From contig JBEKFP010000001.1 in the NCBI GenBank assembly GCA_050013255.1, positions 192,001 to 256,000 of the forward strand: DNA of 64,000 nucleotides, written 5' to 3'. The notes under the pieces are model-generated. The model saw only the letters and a list, made by a program, of their open reading frames with translations. It was not told the origin of the DNA and made no database searches. Origin of the DNA: Candidatus Bathyarchaeia archaeon. GTDB lineage: Archaea; Thermoproteota; Bathyarchaeia; 40CM-2-53-6. The translations under genes and the position numbers were made by a program. Shown here piece after piece: positions 21,305 to 31,299 of the stretch (positions are counted from its first letter, which is position 1; each line of letters begins with the position of its first letter).

Positions 21305-21916
21305 TTGGAAGTAGAAATCGACAAGCAAACCGCGCTGGTCGTTGTGGATATTCAAAATGACTTCTGCCCAGGCGGAGCCTTGCCCGTAAAGGATGGCGAT
21401 AAGGTGGTCCCGGTCTTGAACAAGTACATTGAGAGGTTTAGGAAGGCTGGTGCACCGATACTTTTCACTAGGGACTGGCACCCGCCAGACCACAGCTCCT
21501 TCAAGGCTCAGGGAGGGCCATGGCCTCCGCATTGCGTCCAAAACAGCGAGGGCGCAAAATTTCACCCCGACCTCCACATCCCGCCTGAGGGTGAGGTTCT
21601 TTCGAAAGCGGACAAGAAGGATGAGGCGTACTCGTTCTTCAAAGGTACCGACTTGGCCCAGAAGCTTAAGGAACGCGGAATCAAGCGGCTACTCGTAGGT
21701 GGCCTAGCCACCGACTACTGCGTGAAAGAAACCGTGTCGGATGGACTGAAGTACGGTTTCGAAGTCTTCCACCTCGACGACGCCTCAAAAGGTGTGAACG
21801 TGAACCCTGACGACTCGGAACGCGCCTTGCAGGAAATGGTTGCTAAGGGAGCGAAAAGAATTAGACTCCAAGACCTGACTCCAAACGAAGTTACCGCGCC
21901 GCGAACTCCAAAGTAA
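21305..21916 (+). CDS. pncA: nicotinamidase/pyrazinamidase
   Basis: VDIQNDFCPGGAL, RDWHP, WPPHC, GLATDYCV. Confidence 0.92.
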   Translation: MEVEIDKQTALVVVDIQNDFCPGGALPVKDGDKVVPVLNKYIERFRKAGAPILFTRDWHPPDHSSFKAQGGPWPPHCVQNSEGAKFHPDLHIPPEGEVLSKADKKDEAYSFFKGTDLAQKLKERGIKRLLVGGLATDYCVKETVSDGLKYGFEVFHLDDASKGVNVNPDDSERALQEMVAKGAKRIRLQDLTPNEVTAPRTPK

Positions 21917-21940
21917 TTAATGGCCGACCGCTGTCTCATT

Positions 21941-22267
21941 CTAGCCAGGGAAAAAGTACGGCAAGCTCTGTGCTGGCGCCGGTGCATTCCCTTCTCTTTC
22001 TGCATGCCTAGTCCTCTCTTCCACTCTAACGATTCTGATCTTCTGGTGCTCCGCCAAGACTCTGTAATCGTCGGAGAGGTGCATGTGGTGAAGTACATGC
22101 TTTACTTGCAATTTGAGGTCTTTCATTCCGATCTGCTTTCCATTGACGGCCTCGGGTACGAGCAGCGTCTTGCCTTTCACGGTAACCTCTGCTCTTAATC
22201 TCTGGCCTAGTAAATCGGCGACATCTTTTCCGACCTTCTTGAGGTCTCCCAACTCGACCTCTATCAA
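21941..22267 (-). CDS. eL22 (L22e)-like protein
   Basis: Size and pattern (LKLQVKHVLHHMHLSDDYRV) resemble the eL22 C-terminal helix and strand. Confidence 0.5.
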   Translation of the reverse strand: MIEVELGDLKKVGKDVADLLGQRLRAEVTVKGKTLLVPEAVNGKQIGMKDLKLQVKHVLHHMHLSDDYRVLAEHQKIRIVRVEERTRHAEREGNAPAPAQSLPYFFPG

Positions 22268-22336
22268 CTTTGACAGCCGAAAGAAAGTCTAGAGTGATCG
22301 GCTAATACGCCTTACCCTGACCGAGCAAGGCGACGG

Positions 22337-22480
22337 TTAGAGGGGTAAGCGGACGATTCGTCCGCAGCCCTCACACCTGAGGAATTCGAATTGGTCATCC
22401 CTGAAAAGAAAACGAACTTTCCTCAAGTGCCCACATACCTTGGCAACGTTGAATTCCTTCAAAGTATTCGCCAAACCCAC
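22337..22480 (-). CDS. 47-aa Zn-ribbon microprotein
   Basis: MGLANTLKEFNVAKVCGHLRKVRFLFRDDQFEFLRCEGCGRIVRLPL: CxH...CxxCG. Confidence 0.5.
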   Translation of the reverse strand: MGLANTLKEFNVAKVCGHLRKVRFLFRDDQFEFLRCEGCGRIVRLPL

Positions 22481-22744
22481 CTATTCTTCCCAGTTAGCGA
22501 TATTCAGGAGACATGCGTGAAAGTGCTAAACACTAGAGCAGAACCAGCCCACTTCGTTGCGCAGCCATTGAAACCCCTCTCAACCCTACAACTGGCTGCC
22601 GGTACAGTCATAACGCAACGCACCCTTGGACTGCCGTGGTCCTGTCAATGGATAACCGTGCGGCCGTAGGGCGCAATTTCTAGTCTAGAAGGCCTTTTCC
22701 ACAGTGAAAGTACTAGGGAACTATTCGAATAAAGCAACAAGGTC

Positions 22745-23656
22745 TTAGTCCGATTCCGCCCTGACCGGATTGCTCAGGGTACCAATCCGGTCGATTGACC
22801 CTTCAACGATGTCGCCATCTTTCAGGAAAGGCCCACCAGTGGCGGCTGCGACGCCCTCCGGTGTCCCGGTCGATATTACGTCCCCGGGTTGCAGAGTAAT
22901 TCCAGCTGAAATGTACTCGATGAGGGATTCGATTTTGAAAATCATATCGCTAGTGTTGGATCGCTGTTTCTTCCTGCCATTCACTGAAAGTGAAATCTCA
23001 AGCTCGTGAGGGTTAGGGATTTCATCCTTTGTCACCAGCCAAGGACCAAGCGGAAAAGATGAGTCGAGCCCCTTTCCTTTCATCCAGTTTAGTCCCAAGG
23101 TGGTCTTGCCGTCTGGCAGCTTCGTCGAGTACTGAAAATCTCTGAAGCTGACATCATTGGATATGGCGTAGCCTGCGACGTGGTTCATCGAATCCCCCCT
23201 TGCGATATACTTTCCAGCCTTGCCGATTATTACTGCAAGCTCCACCTCCCAGTCAACGTTCTTGGACACTTTGGGAATCAAAATTGGGTCGCCCGGCCCG
23301 ATGAGGGCGTTCCTGAACTTTGCGAAAACATAGGGCTCGGTCGGTGGTTCCACGTTCCGCTCCCTACTGTGGGAACGGTAGTTGAGGGCTATGAGCAGAA
23401 TTTTCTCTGGGTTCTGAATTGGGCTAAGGAGTTTCACGCTTTCAACCGGAACGCCAGACGAGGCCCCAGTAATCTTCTCTTCGACCTGTTGGAGCGAACC
23501 AATCGCCCCGACTGAAAGCAGCCGATCTATTGTAAGTAGGTCCTTGCGAATCGGTAACGCTAGTCTCTCGCTAGCTTCTCGAACATCGAAAAGTAAACCA
23601 TTTTTAGCGATACCGACTTTGGTTTCCCCATTCTTGATGTAGTGTGCAAGTTTCAA
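22745..23656 (-). CDS. fumarylacetoacetate hydrolase family protein
   Basis: LNYRSH, DWEVEL, NDVS, KG.D, TGTPEGV. Confidence 0.92.
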   Translation of the reverse strand: MKLAHYIKNGETKVGIAKNGLLFDVREASERLALPIRKDLLTIDRLLSVGAIGSLQQVEEKITGASSGVPVESVKLLSPIQNPEKILLIALNYRSHSRERNVEPPTEPYVFAKFRNALIGPGDPILIPKVSKNVDWEVELAVIIGKAGKYIARGDSMNHVAGYAISNDVSFRDFQYSTKLPDGKTTLGLNWMKGKGLDSSFPLGPWLVTKDEIPNPHELEISLSVNGRKKQRSNTSDMIFKIESLIEYISAGITLQPGDVISTGTPEGVAAATGGPFLKDGDIVEGSIDRIGTLSNPVRAESD

Positions 23657-23704
23657 TGTACTTGCCCCCTAACCCCCGATTCGTGGTGTTTCGAAGACGC
23701 GCGT

Positions 23705-25096
23705 CTATTCCACAGCCACTTTCTCGGCGCGTCGCTCGTACAGCCTAATCGTCTTGACGTTGGTGAATTCGAGAAGGCCGTACCTACCTAATTCCCTCCC
23801 AATTCCGCTCTTCTTCACTCCGCCAAATGGAACGCGTGGGTCAGATGCAACAACATTGTTTACCGTGACCACGCCGCTTTGGATCTCCCTGCACAGTTTC
23901 TCGCCCTTTGAAAGATCCTGCGTCCAGACGGAGGCGCCTAAGCCGAATTCGGTGGAATTCGCCACTTCAACTGCTTCCGCGGCATCTTTCACGACAATGA
24001 CAGGGGCCACGGGTCCGAAGACTTCCTCGCGCATCACCGGCATGTCGCGAGTTATGTTGGTCATGACGGTTGGGGCGTAGAAGAAGCCTTTACGGTCTGG
24101 GCGTTGGCCACCCACCATCACGCGTCCGCCCATCTTCACGGAATCCCTTACCTGCCTTTCTATTTCCTTGACACCACTTTCGTTAACCATGGGCCCTATG
24201 TCTGTTTCAGGGCTTAATGGGTCACCTATCTTGAGCTTCTCAACTTTCGACACAAATTGATCGATAAATTTCTCGGCGATCGGTTTTTCAACGATAAAGC
24301 GTTTCGCGGCGATACAGCTCTGGCCGCAGTTGATGAAGCGCCCTGTGATGGCGCCGCTGGATGTCAGATCCAGGTCTGCGTCTTCAAGTACGATGAATGG
24401 GTCGCTTCCCCCGAGTTCGAGCACGAATTTCTTCAGGTTCCTGCCGGCCCGTTCCCCTACCTTGCTTCCAACGCTGACGCTTCCGGTGAAAGTTATTGCG
24501 TCTGTATCGCCATCAATCATCTGGTCGGCGATTCGCGAATCACCTAAAACCGTTTTGAAGCATCCCGTTGGCAAACCAGTGTCGTTGAAAGCCGCCTCCA
24601 GGTTTACTCCGCTCTGCGGGGTTGCGCTTGCCGGTTTGAAGATCGTGGTGTTTCCTGCGGCGAGCGCAGGCGCGGCAAACCTTGCCAGCTGCCACATGGG
24701 AAAGTTCCATGGCATGATGGCGGCAACAACACCCAGGGGCTCGAAGGCCACGTAACTCTTCGCCGCATCAGTCTGTGCAGGCTCGGGAGTAAGAAAGCGC
24801 TCTGCGTTCTCAGCGTAGTAATCAAATGCCAAAGCGCATTTAGCAACCTCCGCGGTGGACTCACGAATTATTTTCCCCATCTCGTTCGTCATATCACGGG
24901 CGAATTCTTCCTTTCGCTCCTTTAGAATTGCAGCAGCTTTCGAAACATACTTGCCCCGTTCAGCGGGTGTAAGCCGCCGCCATTCATGGAAAGCTTTCCT
25001 GGCCCGCTCGATTGCACTCTTCACCTGATCGGGCGTGGCCATCTCATGCTCAGCAAGTTTCTCGCCAGTCGCAGGATTGACGGTTGCAAATTTCAT
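23705..25096 (-). CDS. NAD(P)-dependent aldehyde dehydrogenase (succinate-semialdehyde dehydrogenase-like)
   Basis: PWNFP, FTGS, LELGGSDP, GQSC, EEVFGP, PFGGVKKSG. Confidence 0.92.
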   Translation of the reverse strand: MKFATVNPATGEKLAEHEMATPDQVKSAIERARKAFHEWRRLTPAERGKYVSKAAAILKERKEEFARDMTNEMGKIIRESTAEVAKCALAFDYYAENAERFLTPEPAQTDAAKSYVAFEPLGVVAAIMPWNFPMWQLARFAAPALAAGNTTIFKPASATPQSGVNLEAAFNDTGLPTGCFKTVLGDSRIADQMIDGDTDAITFTGSVSVGSKVGERAGRNLKKFVLELGGSDPFIVLEDADLDLTSSGAITGRFINCGQSCIAAKRFIVEKPIAEKFIDQFVSKVEKLKIGDPLSPETDIGPMVNESGVKEIERQVRDSVKMGGRVMVGGQRPDRKGFFYAPTVMTNITRDMPVMREEVFGPVAPVIVVKDAAEAVEVANSTEFGLGASVWTQDLSKGEKLCREIQSGVVTVNNVVASDPRVPFGGVKKSGIGRELGRYGLLEFTNVKTIRLYERRAEKVAVE

Positions 25097-25109
25097 TTTA
25101 GGATCAACT

Positions 25110-25541
25110 CTAAGCTCTCGGTACCTGAAGTCGGGCTATTTGGGTTGAGATACGGTCAATATAGTCCTTCAAACTCGCCAGCATAGTTCTCGCCGTTATC
25201 GTCCCCAAAATCTTCCCATCCTGAATTACCAAGACCCTGCGTATTCCCTTCTCCGCCATTAACTGTGCCACTTCATCCAAACCTTGGTCCGCTTTAACGG
25301 TGACAAGGTTCACGCTCATAATTTCCTCTAACTTCACTCGCGCCGGATCCTTCTCCGTCGCTACGAGTTTTGATAAGTAATCCCATTCGGTTACAATACC
25401 CTCAGGTTTTCCGTCGGCTGTGGTCACGACAACGAAGCCGTGACGGTTGGATTGCATTTGTTTTGCGGCTTCGAGGGCTGTTGTGCCCCGTTGCATTGAG
25501 AGGAAGCCCTTCTCCACTATGTCCTTCGCAACAAGTACCAT
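25110..25541 (-). CDS. CBS-pair protein
   Basis: Two CBS motifs (GIVTEWD, GTITART). Confidence 0.85.
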   Translation of the reverse strand: MVLVAKDIVEKGFLSMQRGTTALEAAKQMQSNRHGFVVVTTADGKPEGIVTEWDYLSKLVATEKDPARVKLEEIMSVNLVTVKADQGLDEVAQLMAEKGIRRVLVIQDGKILGTITARTMLASLKDYIDRISTQIARLQVPRA

Positions 25542-25575
25542 AGTAAATGCATCTCAGGATGGATAATTAATGATT

Positions 25576-26994
25576 TCAGGCTTTGATGTGTTTCCTACCC
25601 CTCAATGAGGATGGTATGGCAGCGAATAGGCTCATTCCTGCCATGAGAAGAAACGTCTTGTGCATAGCATCCATGAACAAGCTGACGTTGAGTTCGTTCG
25701 CTGCGACAGGGAGGCCAGCGAAGATGGCCTGGAGCGTACTAAGAGGCATGCTCGTGGCCATAATCACAAATGCGACGCCCATGCTGAGAAGGAAGCCCGT
25801 TGTAATCATCGTTGCTGAGATTCCTGCTGCTATCCCCCGTCGGGCTACAGGCGAAGAATTCATAATTGAACTGATGTTTGGCGCAACGAACATTCCTCCA
25901 CCGATGCCGGCGAGAATCATGGGGAGCACGAGAATAGTATAGGGGACCGTGGCAGGCAGCAATGCGAACCACAAAAGTGCTGCAGCCGAAACAATTAGGC
26001 CTCCCGTGCTGAAACCTCTGGCTCCATACTTGTCGGAGAGAAAACCGCTCAACGGCCCGATACTTACGAACGCAACTGAAAACGGTATTAGCAGGATGCC
26101 GGCCGTGAGTGCGTCTAGGAGAAGGGCGCCCTGAAAGTAGAAGACGAGAAGTAGCAGTACCGCGCCCCTAGAGATTGACGCGAGCAGATTACTCGTCATC
26201 CCCGCCGCGAATGCTCTGATTTTGAACAGGCTCAAATCCATCATTGGGCTCAGGACCTTCGTCTCGGTGTAAACAAAGGCCACAACCATGATCACTCCGA
26301 GAAGCATCATGGCATTGTCGATTACTGTGAAACCCGATATTGCCCCGAGCGTCATACCAACAAGGAACATTGACAGGCCGACTGCGAACAACGCATTGCC
26401 AAGGGGGTCTAGTCGGTCGCGTTGGAGCGAGGCTAATTCTTTCAACCGAGCGTAAGCCCACGAAGTGGCGAAGATTCCGACTGGTATGTTGATCCAGAAT
26501 ATCGACCTCCAACCCAAGGTTGCAGTCAGGACTCCGCCAGCCACGAGCCCAATGATTGATCCGCTTACGCCGAATACAAGGTTGATTCCGATGGCCTTTC
26601 CTCGTTCGGTTGGCGGGAAAGCATCAGTCAAGATAGCTGCGTTATTGGAAAAGATGAGTGCACCACCAACTCCCTGAACAAGCCGAAAGAGGACGAGGCT
26701 AAGGCCATTTGTAGCGAGGCTGCAGAGCGCGGAGCCTATTGTGAATACGCCGAAGCCTAGGTTGTATAGTCTAACTCGTCCGTAGATGTCTGCGAGGCGC
26801 CCGAAAGTCAGCAATAGGGTTGCCGTGACGAGTATGTAGCCCATGAGCACCCAGAGCGCGTCGAAGGTCGTTGTGCCCGGTAATTCTCGGATTATTGTGG
26901 GGAGGGAGATGAGCACAATGTTGGAGTCCAGTTGGGACATGAAAGAACCGATGGTGGTGTTGGTTAACACCACGTATTTGTAATTCATTGGCAC
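25576..26994 (-). CDS. MFS transporter (DHA2/EmrB type)
   Basis: About 14 TM segments, GRLADIYGR, ERGKAIG, WRSIFWINIP. Confidence 0.9.
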   Translation of the reverse strand: MPMNYKYVVLTNTTIGSFMSQLDSNIVLISLPTIIRELPGTTTFDALWVLMGYILVTATLLLTFGRLADIYGRVRLYNLGFGVFTIGSALCSLATNGLSLVLFRLVQGVGGALIFSNNAAILTDAFPPTERGKAIGINLVFGVSGSIIGLVAGGVLTATLGWRSIFWINIPVGIFATSWAYARLKELASLQRDRLDPLGNALFAVGLSMFLVGMTLGAISGFTVIDNAMMLLGVIMVVAFVYTETKVLSPMMDLSLFKIRAFAAGMTSNLLASISRGAVLLLLVFYFQGALLLDALTAGILLIPFSVAFVSIGPLSGFLSDKYGARGFSTGGLIVSAAALLWFALLPATVPYTILVLPMILAGIGGGMFVAPNISSIMNSSPVARRGIAAGISATMITTGFLLSMGVAFVIMATSMPLSTLQAIFAGLPVAANELNVSLFMDAMHKTFLLMAGMSLFAAIPSSLRGRKHIKA

Positions 26995-27100
26995 TCAGTT
27001 GGCAGGCCGAGGTCAGGGGCTCCGCGTCATAAGCATTCGTTCGTTAGTGTTAATTTGTCGGCGAAACTTGAGAGAAAACGGGTTAGAGAAATCTTCCCTA

Positions 27101-27391
27101 TCATTTCATCGCCCATTTAACCCAGAAAACTGCGATTATGCCGCTCGCTATTGCTCCTGAGGCCAAGAACACGGCAGCCTTCTGCCAAAGGTTGAGGCCC
27201 CCAGCAAAGAACGCGAGGTAAAGCACGATGAAAGCAAACCAAAATACGCTGACGAATATGGTTACAGCGACTTTGGTTCCGACCGATTTCATGGCCACAG
27301 GTCTCACACTTCCGCGAAGTGAATATGACTCCGCAAATATAACGAGTTGGCTGATTGCCAGAGCTGAAACGGATGACGCCGTTTCGATCAT
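27101..27391 (-). CDS. small membrane protein (start probably internal)
   Basis: Two TM helices in the C-terminal ~60 aa. Confidence 0.55.
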   Translation of the reverse strand: MIETASSVSALAISQLVIFAESYSLRGSVRPVAMKSVGTKVAVTIFVSVFWFAFIVLYLAFFAGGLNLWQKAAVFLASGAIASGIIAVFWVKWAMK

Positions 27392-28395
27392 CGTGCTTTG
27401 AGGACGCTCGGGAGAGTCAGAGGCGGTAAGGCCTCCTCGATCTCTGACCGGTGTGGTTCCAGCCAGGGTGGTAGCATGAGGCGTCCGCCCAAATCTTGAA
27501 CAGGCTCATCGACTGCGAAGCCAGGCGGGTCGGTGGCAATTTCGAACAGTACACCCCCAGGTTCACGGTAATATATTGAATGGAAATATTTTCTGTCGAT
27601 GATAGGTGTCACATTCATGCCGGCTTCGATCAGATGTTCCCGCCAAGCTTTCTGCTGCTCATCCTCCGGCGTGCGCCATGCAACATGGTGTACGCTTCCT
27701 ACGCTGACAATCCCGCGGGGAGCGCCGAGCTCTGTGAGGACATCAACGATGGCACCTGCTCCACCTTCCCCAACCTCAAACCGATACCGGTTCCCAATCT
27801 GCCCAACTCGCCGAAAACCCATCGTTTCAGTTAGGAGGGACGACGTTCGTTCAGGGCCTGCCTCCAAAAGCGCAACGCTATGAAAGCCTCTCAAGCCATA
27901 CTCGGGTGGGACTGGACCATCCTTCCATACCCTATCCAACTGGCCGTCTTGAGCGGCTACAAGCTCCAGCTGGAGGCCATCAGGATCAGAGAATGATAGT
28001 ACCTGCTCATTGAAGCGTGCAACCGGGCCCTGGAATGGGACATCATAATTCTTGAAACGGTCCATCCAGAAGCTAATCGCCGTCTCTGGGATGGAGAAGG
28101 AAGTTGCCGTTAACTGGCCAGTTCCTATTCGACCGTTTGGGCCGCCCGGCCATGCGAAGAAAGTTAGGATTGTGCCTGGGTGGCCTAGCTCGTCCCCATA
28201 ATATAGGTGGTAGGTGGTAGGCTCATCGAAGTTCACTGTTACCTTTACCAATCGCAGGCCTAGAACGCCAACGTAGAAGTCCATGTTCCGTTGCGGGTCA
28301 CCTGCTATGGCGGTAACATGGTGAACCCCAAGAATCTCTTTCTCCATTTCCGGCATCCTAGCCTCATGCGTGCGCTTCCTCTGATGGCACGACAA
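27388..28395 (-). CDS. ring-cleaving dioxygenase (VOC/MhqO-like)
   Basis: GVHHVTAI, TVNFD, YHLYYGD, VHHVAWR, SIYYREPGGVLFEIATD. Confidence 0.9.
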   Translation of the reverse strand: MSCHQRKRTHEARMPEMEKEILGVHHVTAIAGDPQRNMDFYVGVLGLRLVKVTVNFDEPTTYHLYYGDELGHPGTILTFFAWPGGPNGRIGTGQLTATSFSIPETAISFWMDRFKNYDVPFQGPVARFNEQVLSFSDPDGLQLELVAAQDGQLDRVWKDGPVPPEYGLRGFHSVALLEAGPERTSSLLTETMGFRRVGQIGNRYRFEVGEGGAGAIVDVLTELGAPRGIVSVGSVHHVAWRTPEDEQQKAWREHLIEAGMNVTPIIDRKYFHSIYYREPGGVLFEIATDPPGFAVDEPVQDLGGRLMLPPWLEPHRSEIEEALPPLTLPSVLKAR

Positions 28396-28753
28396 TTAAG
28401 GCATGCCCTTTCTAATCGGTGGAAATTGGCCTAGGACTCTCCCCGCGACCTTTTCTCCACGCAGAGTTAAGTAGGTAGCAATGTGAACATCTTACATCCA
28501 AATAGGAAGCGATTCATTTGGTTAGAAAACGCAAACCGACTAAGCTGCGAGCGAGAGAAAGTGTTCCGCCTGTTGTCCCAACTCCAGAGCAAGTAGCTTG
28601 AACGCGAAATCTCAGGCTGGCGGCTTCCAGAACTTAGAACCCAAGAGACTCTTCAGGGTCTTCAGCACTCGCGGTGCTGCCATCTTCCACCGCCTGAGAA
28701 GCAAGTGCAAGTCTTTAAGCTCAATCCGCCCTCGTGGATAAGGTGAGCAGGAA

Positions 28754-29323
28754 TTGTTGATGGAGCAGACCTTGATACTTGTTGATAACAATGATAAGAT
28801 TCTGGGTTACGCGCCGAGAAGCATATGCCACACCGGCAAGGGAAAACGCCACAGGGCTTTCGTGATCGCACTCTACAACAGCAAGGGAGAGATTCTGCTC
28901 CAACGAAGGAAGCATGCGCTCTTCAGCAACCTGTGGGACCTTGCCGGAGCCAGCCACCCCTTGCGGTCGCGGGGAAAAAATGAGTCATATGGAGAAGCCG
29001 CGGCCCGGTGCATGAAAGACGAGTTCGGGCTCAGAGGAATCTCGCTTAGAAAGATAGGGGCCTTCAACTATTTCGCCCCACAAGGAAAGAAATGCGAGAA
29101 TGAACACTGCGCGCTAATAGTCGGGAAATATGATGGCAAAGTGAAGGCGAACCCGAAGGTCGCCTACGGTTTCAAATGGGCATCCCTTAAGGAAACCCTA
29201 GCAGAGATCCGAAGAAGACCAGCCTCTTTCGTGATGTGGGCCAGACTAGGAGCAAAGTTGCTCAGAAAGCACTCACTTGGAAAAAAGCTCTTGAAAACAA
29301 AATCTAAGGAGAAGAGAACTTAG
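28754..29323 (+). CDS. NUDIX protein of the type-1 IPP isomerase family
   Basis: CH...HRAF, LLQRR, SHP, ENE; catalytic Cys apparently absent. Confidence 0.75.
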   Translation: MLMEQTLILVDNNDKILGYAPRSICHTGKGKRHRAFVIALYNSKGEILLQRRKHALFSNLWDLAGASHPLRSRGKNESYGEAAARCMKDEFGLRGISLRKIGAFNYFAPQGKKCENEHCALIVGKYDGKVKANPKVAYGFKWASLKETLAEIRRRPASFVMWARLGAKLLRKHSLGKKLLKTKSKEKRT

Positions 29324-29393
29324 GCGCCGGCTTCTAGCGGTGTCGCGTTCAAGTTCGCCGCATCATTTCACGTAGGACACCCAGCGCCCAGCC

Positions 29394-29627
29394 GTGATGA
29401 GAAGCTTTAGTTTACATTTCAGCCGACGGCCGTACAAGTTCAGGAGCTTCGGCCGTAAATCCACGTTAACAACCCTGAGCCTTCCCCGTGCAATCTGCGA
29501 CTTGGTCGCCACTTATGCCGGGGAGATGAAAACTTCACGCAACGAAGCTTACTCCAAATGCTTGCAGCAAGGCCTACTCATCTATCTGAAAACACAAACA
29601 ACCACCCTGCAAGCTTCGCGGAAGTAG
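29394..29627 (+). CDS. possible ribbon-helix-helix protein
   Basis: TTLSLP strand followed by two helices; stops 3 nt from the tRNA-Glu CCA. Confidence 0.35.
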   Translation: MMRSFSLHFSRRPYKFRSFGRKSTLTTLSLPRAICDLVATYAGEMKTSRNEAYSKCLQQGLLIYLKTQTTTLQASRK

Positions 29628-29630
29628 GTT

Positions 29631-29763
29631 TGGTGCTCCGGGCGGGATTCGAACCCGCGATCAGTGACTAAGGGGAACGATTTCCCCGGCACCGAGCCTC
29701 GAAAGGCCACTATGCTCACGGTCCAGCTTTATTCGCCGGTTAACCGGGCTACACCACCGGAGC
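29631..29763 (-). tRNA. tRNA-Glu(TTC) with two introns, CCA encoded
   Basis: Removing ~29740-29717 (D-loop) and ~29699-29670 (about 37/38) gives a 79-nt cloverleaf with GTGGC-CTTTCGA-GTCAC. Confidence 0.9.
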
Positions 29764-29805
29764 GCCGCAGCAAAACAAGTACTCGAGTCTTTAAGTTCTT
29801 TCGCG

Positions 29806-30096
29806 TTAGTGGACTACTCGGAACTCTTTGAACTCTCCTCTCCACTCCTCCCATTTGACATCAAAGTCTTGAACGTGGGCACCAGGTGGACCGCGTTGAC
29901 TGAAGGCAACCGCTTCCTCGACCTTGTCTCTATCTCCTTCAAAGAGTGCTTCGACCCGCCCATCGGGCAAGTTGCGTACCCATCCCGCGAGGCCGAGGCG
30001 ATGCGCGAAGTTCGCCGTCTCGGCGCGAAAGAATACGCCTTGGACCCTACCGCCTACGTAAACATGTGCCCTTGCCTTCACAGTCCACCCGTCCAT
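29806..30096 (-). CDS. acyP: acylphosphatase
   Basis: GRVQGVFFR, GWVRNLPDGRVE. Confidence 0.92.
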   Translation of the reverse strand: MDGWTVKARAHVYVGGRVQGVFFRAETANFAHRLGLAGWVRNLPDGRVEALFEGDRDKVEEAVAFSQRGPPGAHVQDFDVKWEEWRGEFKEFRVVH

Positions 30097-30165
30097 GCAT
30101 GTCTAAATAATCGCAGCTTGAAATGTGGGTCGTAGAAGAAAAGTTTCCCGGTGTATTAAGAGGGT

Positions 30166-31299
30166 TTGCGAGCAGTAATTGTCGAGCTGAAGCTTCCAGC
30201 CTTTCCGCCTTTAGCGGAAGAAACCAGGACCATGGCTGAGAATATCGGCTACGAGGTCGGAGGGACGCTCATTCAAAGGAGAAAGAGCGTCCACCACTCA
30301 TACACAATCGGGCCGGGTAGGCTGAACGACCTTAAGCGGCTCGTAGAGGAAACGGAAGCGGACACGGTCATCTTCGCAAACCCCCTCAAAAGCAGCCACG
30401 TCTTTAAGCTAACCCAATACCTAGGCGGAGAAGTGCGCGTCATAGACCGGAACCTACTCATACTCGAGGTATTCGACAAAAGAGCATTCACGAATGAGGC
30501 GAAGCTCCAGATTCGCCTAGCCAAGCTCAAGTACACGCTATCCTGGGGCAGAGAATTCATCAAACTCCGTGGCATTATGGGCGAACAGTTAGGTTGGATG
30601 GGGCCAGGGGACTACCCATACCAAGAATACTACCGCGCGGCCAGGAACAGAATCAGCAGAATCGAAAGCGAGCTTGACGACATCTACAAGAAGAAGATGC
30701 TCAAACGGGACCGAAGGCGAGAACTTGGGTTCCCAATCGTCGCGCTCGCCGGCTACACTCAAGCCGGCAAGACAAGTTTCTTCAATTTGGTAACACACGA
30801 AGATAAGACCGTTGGCTTGGGGCCGTTCACAACACTCGGCACGTTTGCACGCAGGGTCGACATGAAAAGGGACTCTGACTCGCCGGAGTTCATTCTCATT
30901 GACTCAATCGGGTTCATAGAAGATATGCATCCCATAATTTTGAAGGCATTTCACGCTACACTTGGGGAACTAGCGACTGCAGACCTCGTCTTATTGTTCG
31001 TTGACGCGAGCGACACGGAATTCCCCTTGGAAAGAAAAATTCGGGCGTGCAGCCAAATCCTTCGTGAAATCGAAATTACTTTACCAATAATAATTTGCGC
31101 GAACAAAATGGATCTAGTTTCTAGCGAGCAACTTGAAAAATCTATTTCGATAATTCGAAGGTATTTCATTACCGAAGATATCGTCCCGGCGAGCATCAAG
31201 ACTGGCCAGAACTTGGATGAGGTCTTAAGCCTCGTTAGTTCCAAGTTACGCGCGCAGAATCTCATAGTGAATCCAGGAAAGCCTCAACCGCAGCATTGA
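30166..31299 (+). CDS. hflX: GTPase HflX
   Basis: VIDRNLLILEVF, EAKLQI, GYTQAGKT, DSIGFI, NKMD. Confidence 0.9.
   Translation: MRAVIVELKLPAFPPLAEETRTMAENIGYEVGGTLIQRRKSVHHSYTIGPGRLNDLKRLVEETEADTVIFANPLKSSHVFKLTQYLGGEVRVIDRNLLILEVFDKRAFTNEAKLQIRLAKLKYTLSWGREFIKLRGIMGEQLGWMGPGDYPYQEYYRAARNRISRIESELDDIYKKKMLKRDRRRELGFPIVALAGYTQAGKTSFFNLVTHEDKTVGLGPFTTLGTFARRVDMKRDSDSPEFILIDSIGFIEDMHPIILKAFHATLGELATADLVLLFVDASDTEFPLERKIRACSQILREIEITLPIIICANKMDLVSSEQLEKSISIIRRYFITEDIVPASIKTGQNLDEVLSLVSSKLRAQNLIVNPGKPQPQH

Noticed and set aside
22300-22700. Possible RNase P or SRP RNA in the long intergenic gap
   Set aside because: No GAGGAAAGUCC-type P4 pairing or SRP helix 8 motif in a consistent fold; part of the gap is explained by a Zn-ribbon microprotein.
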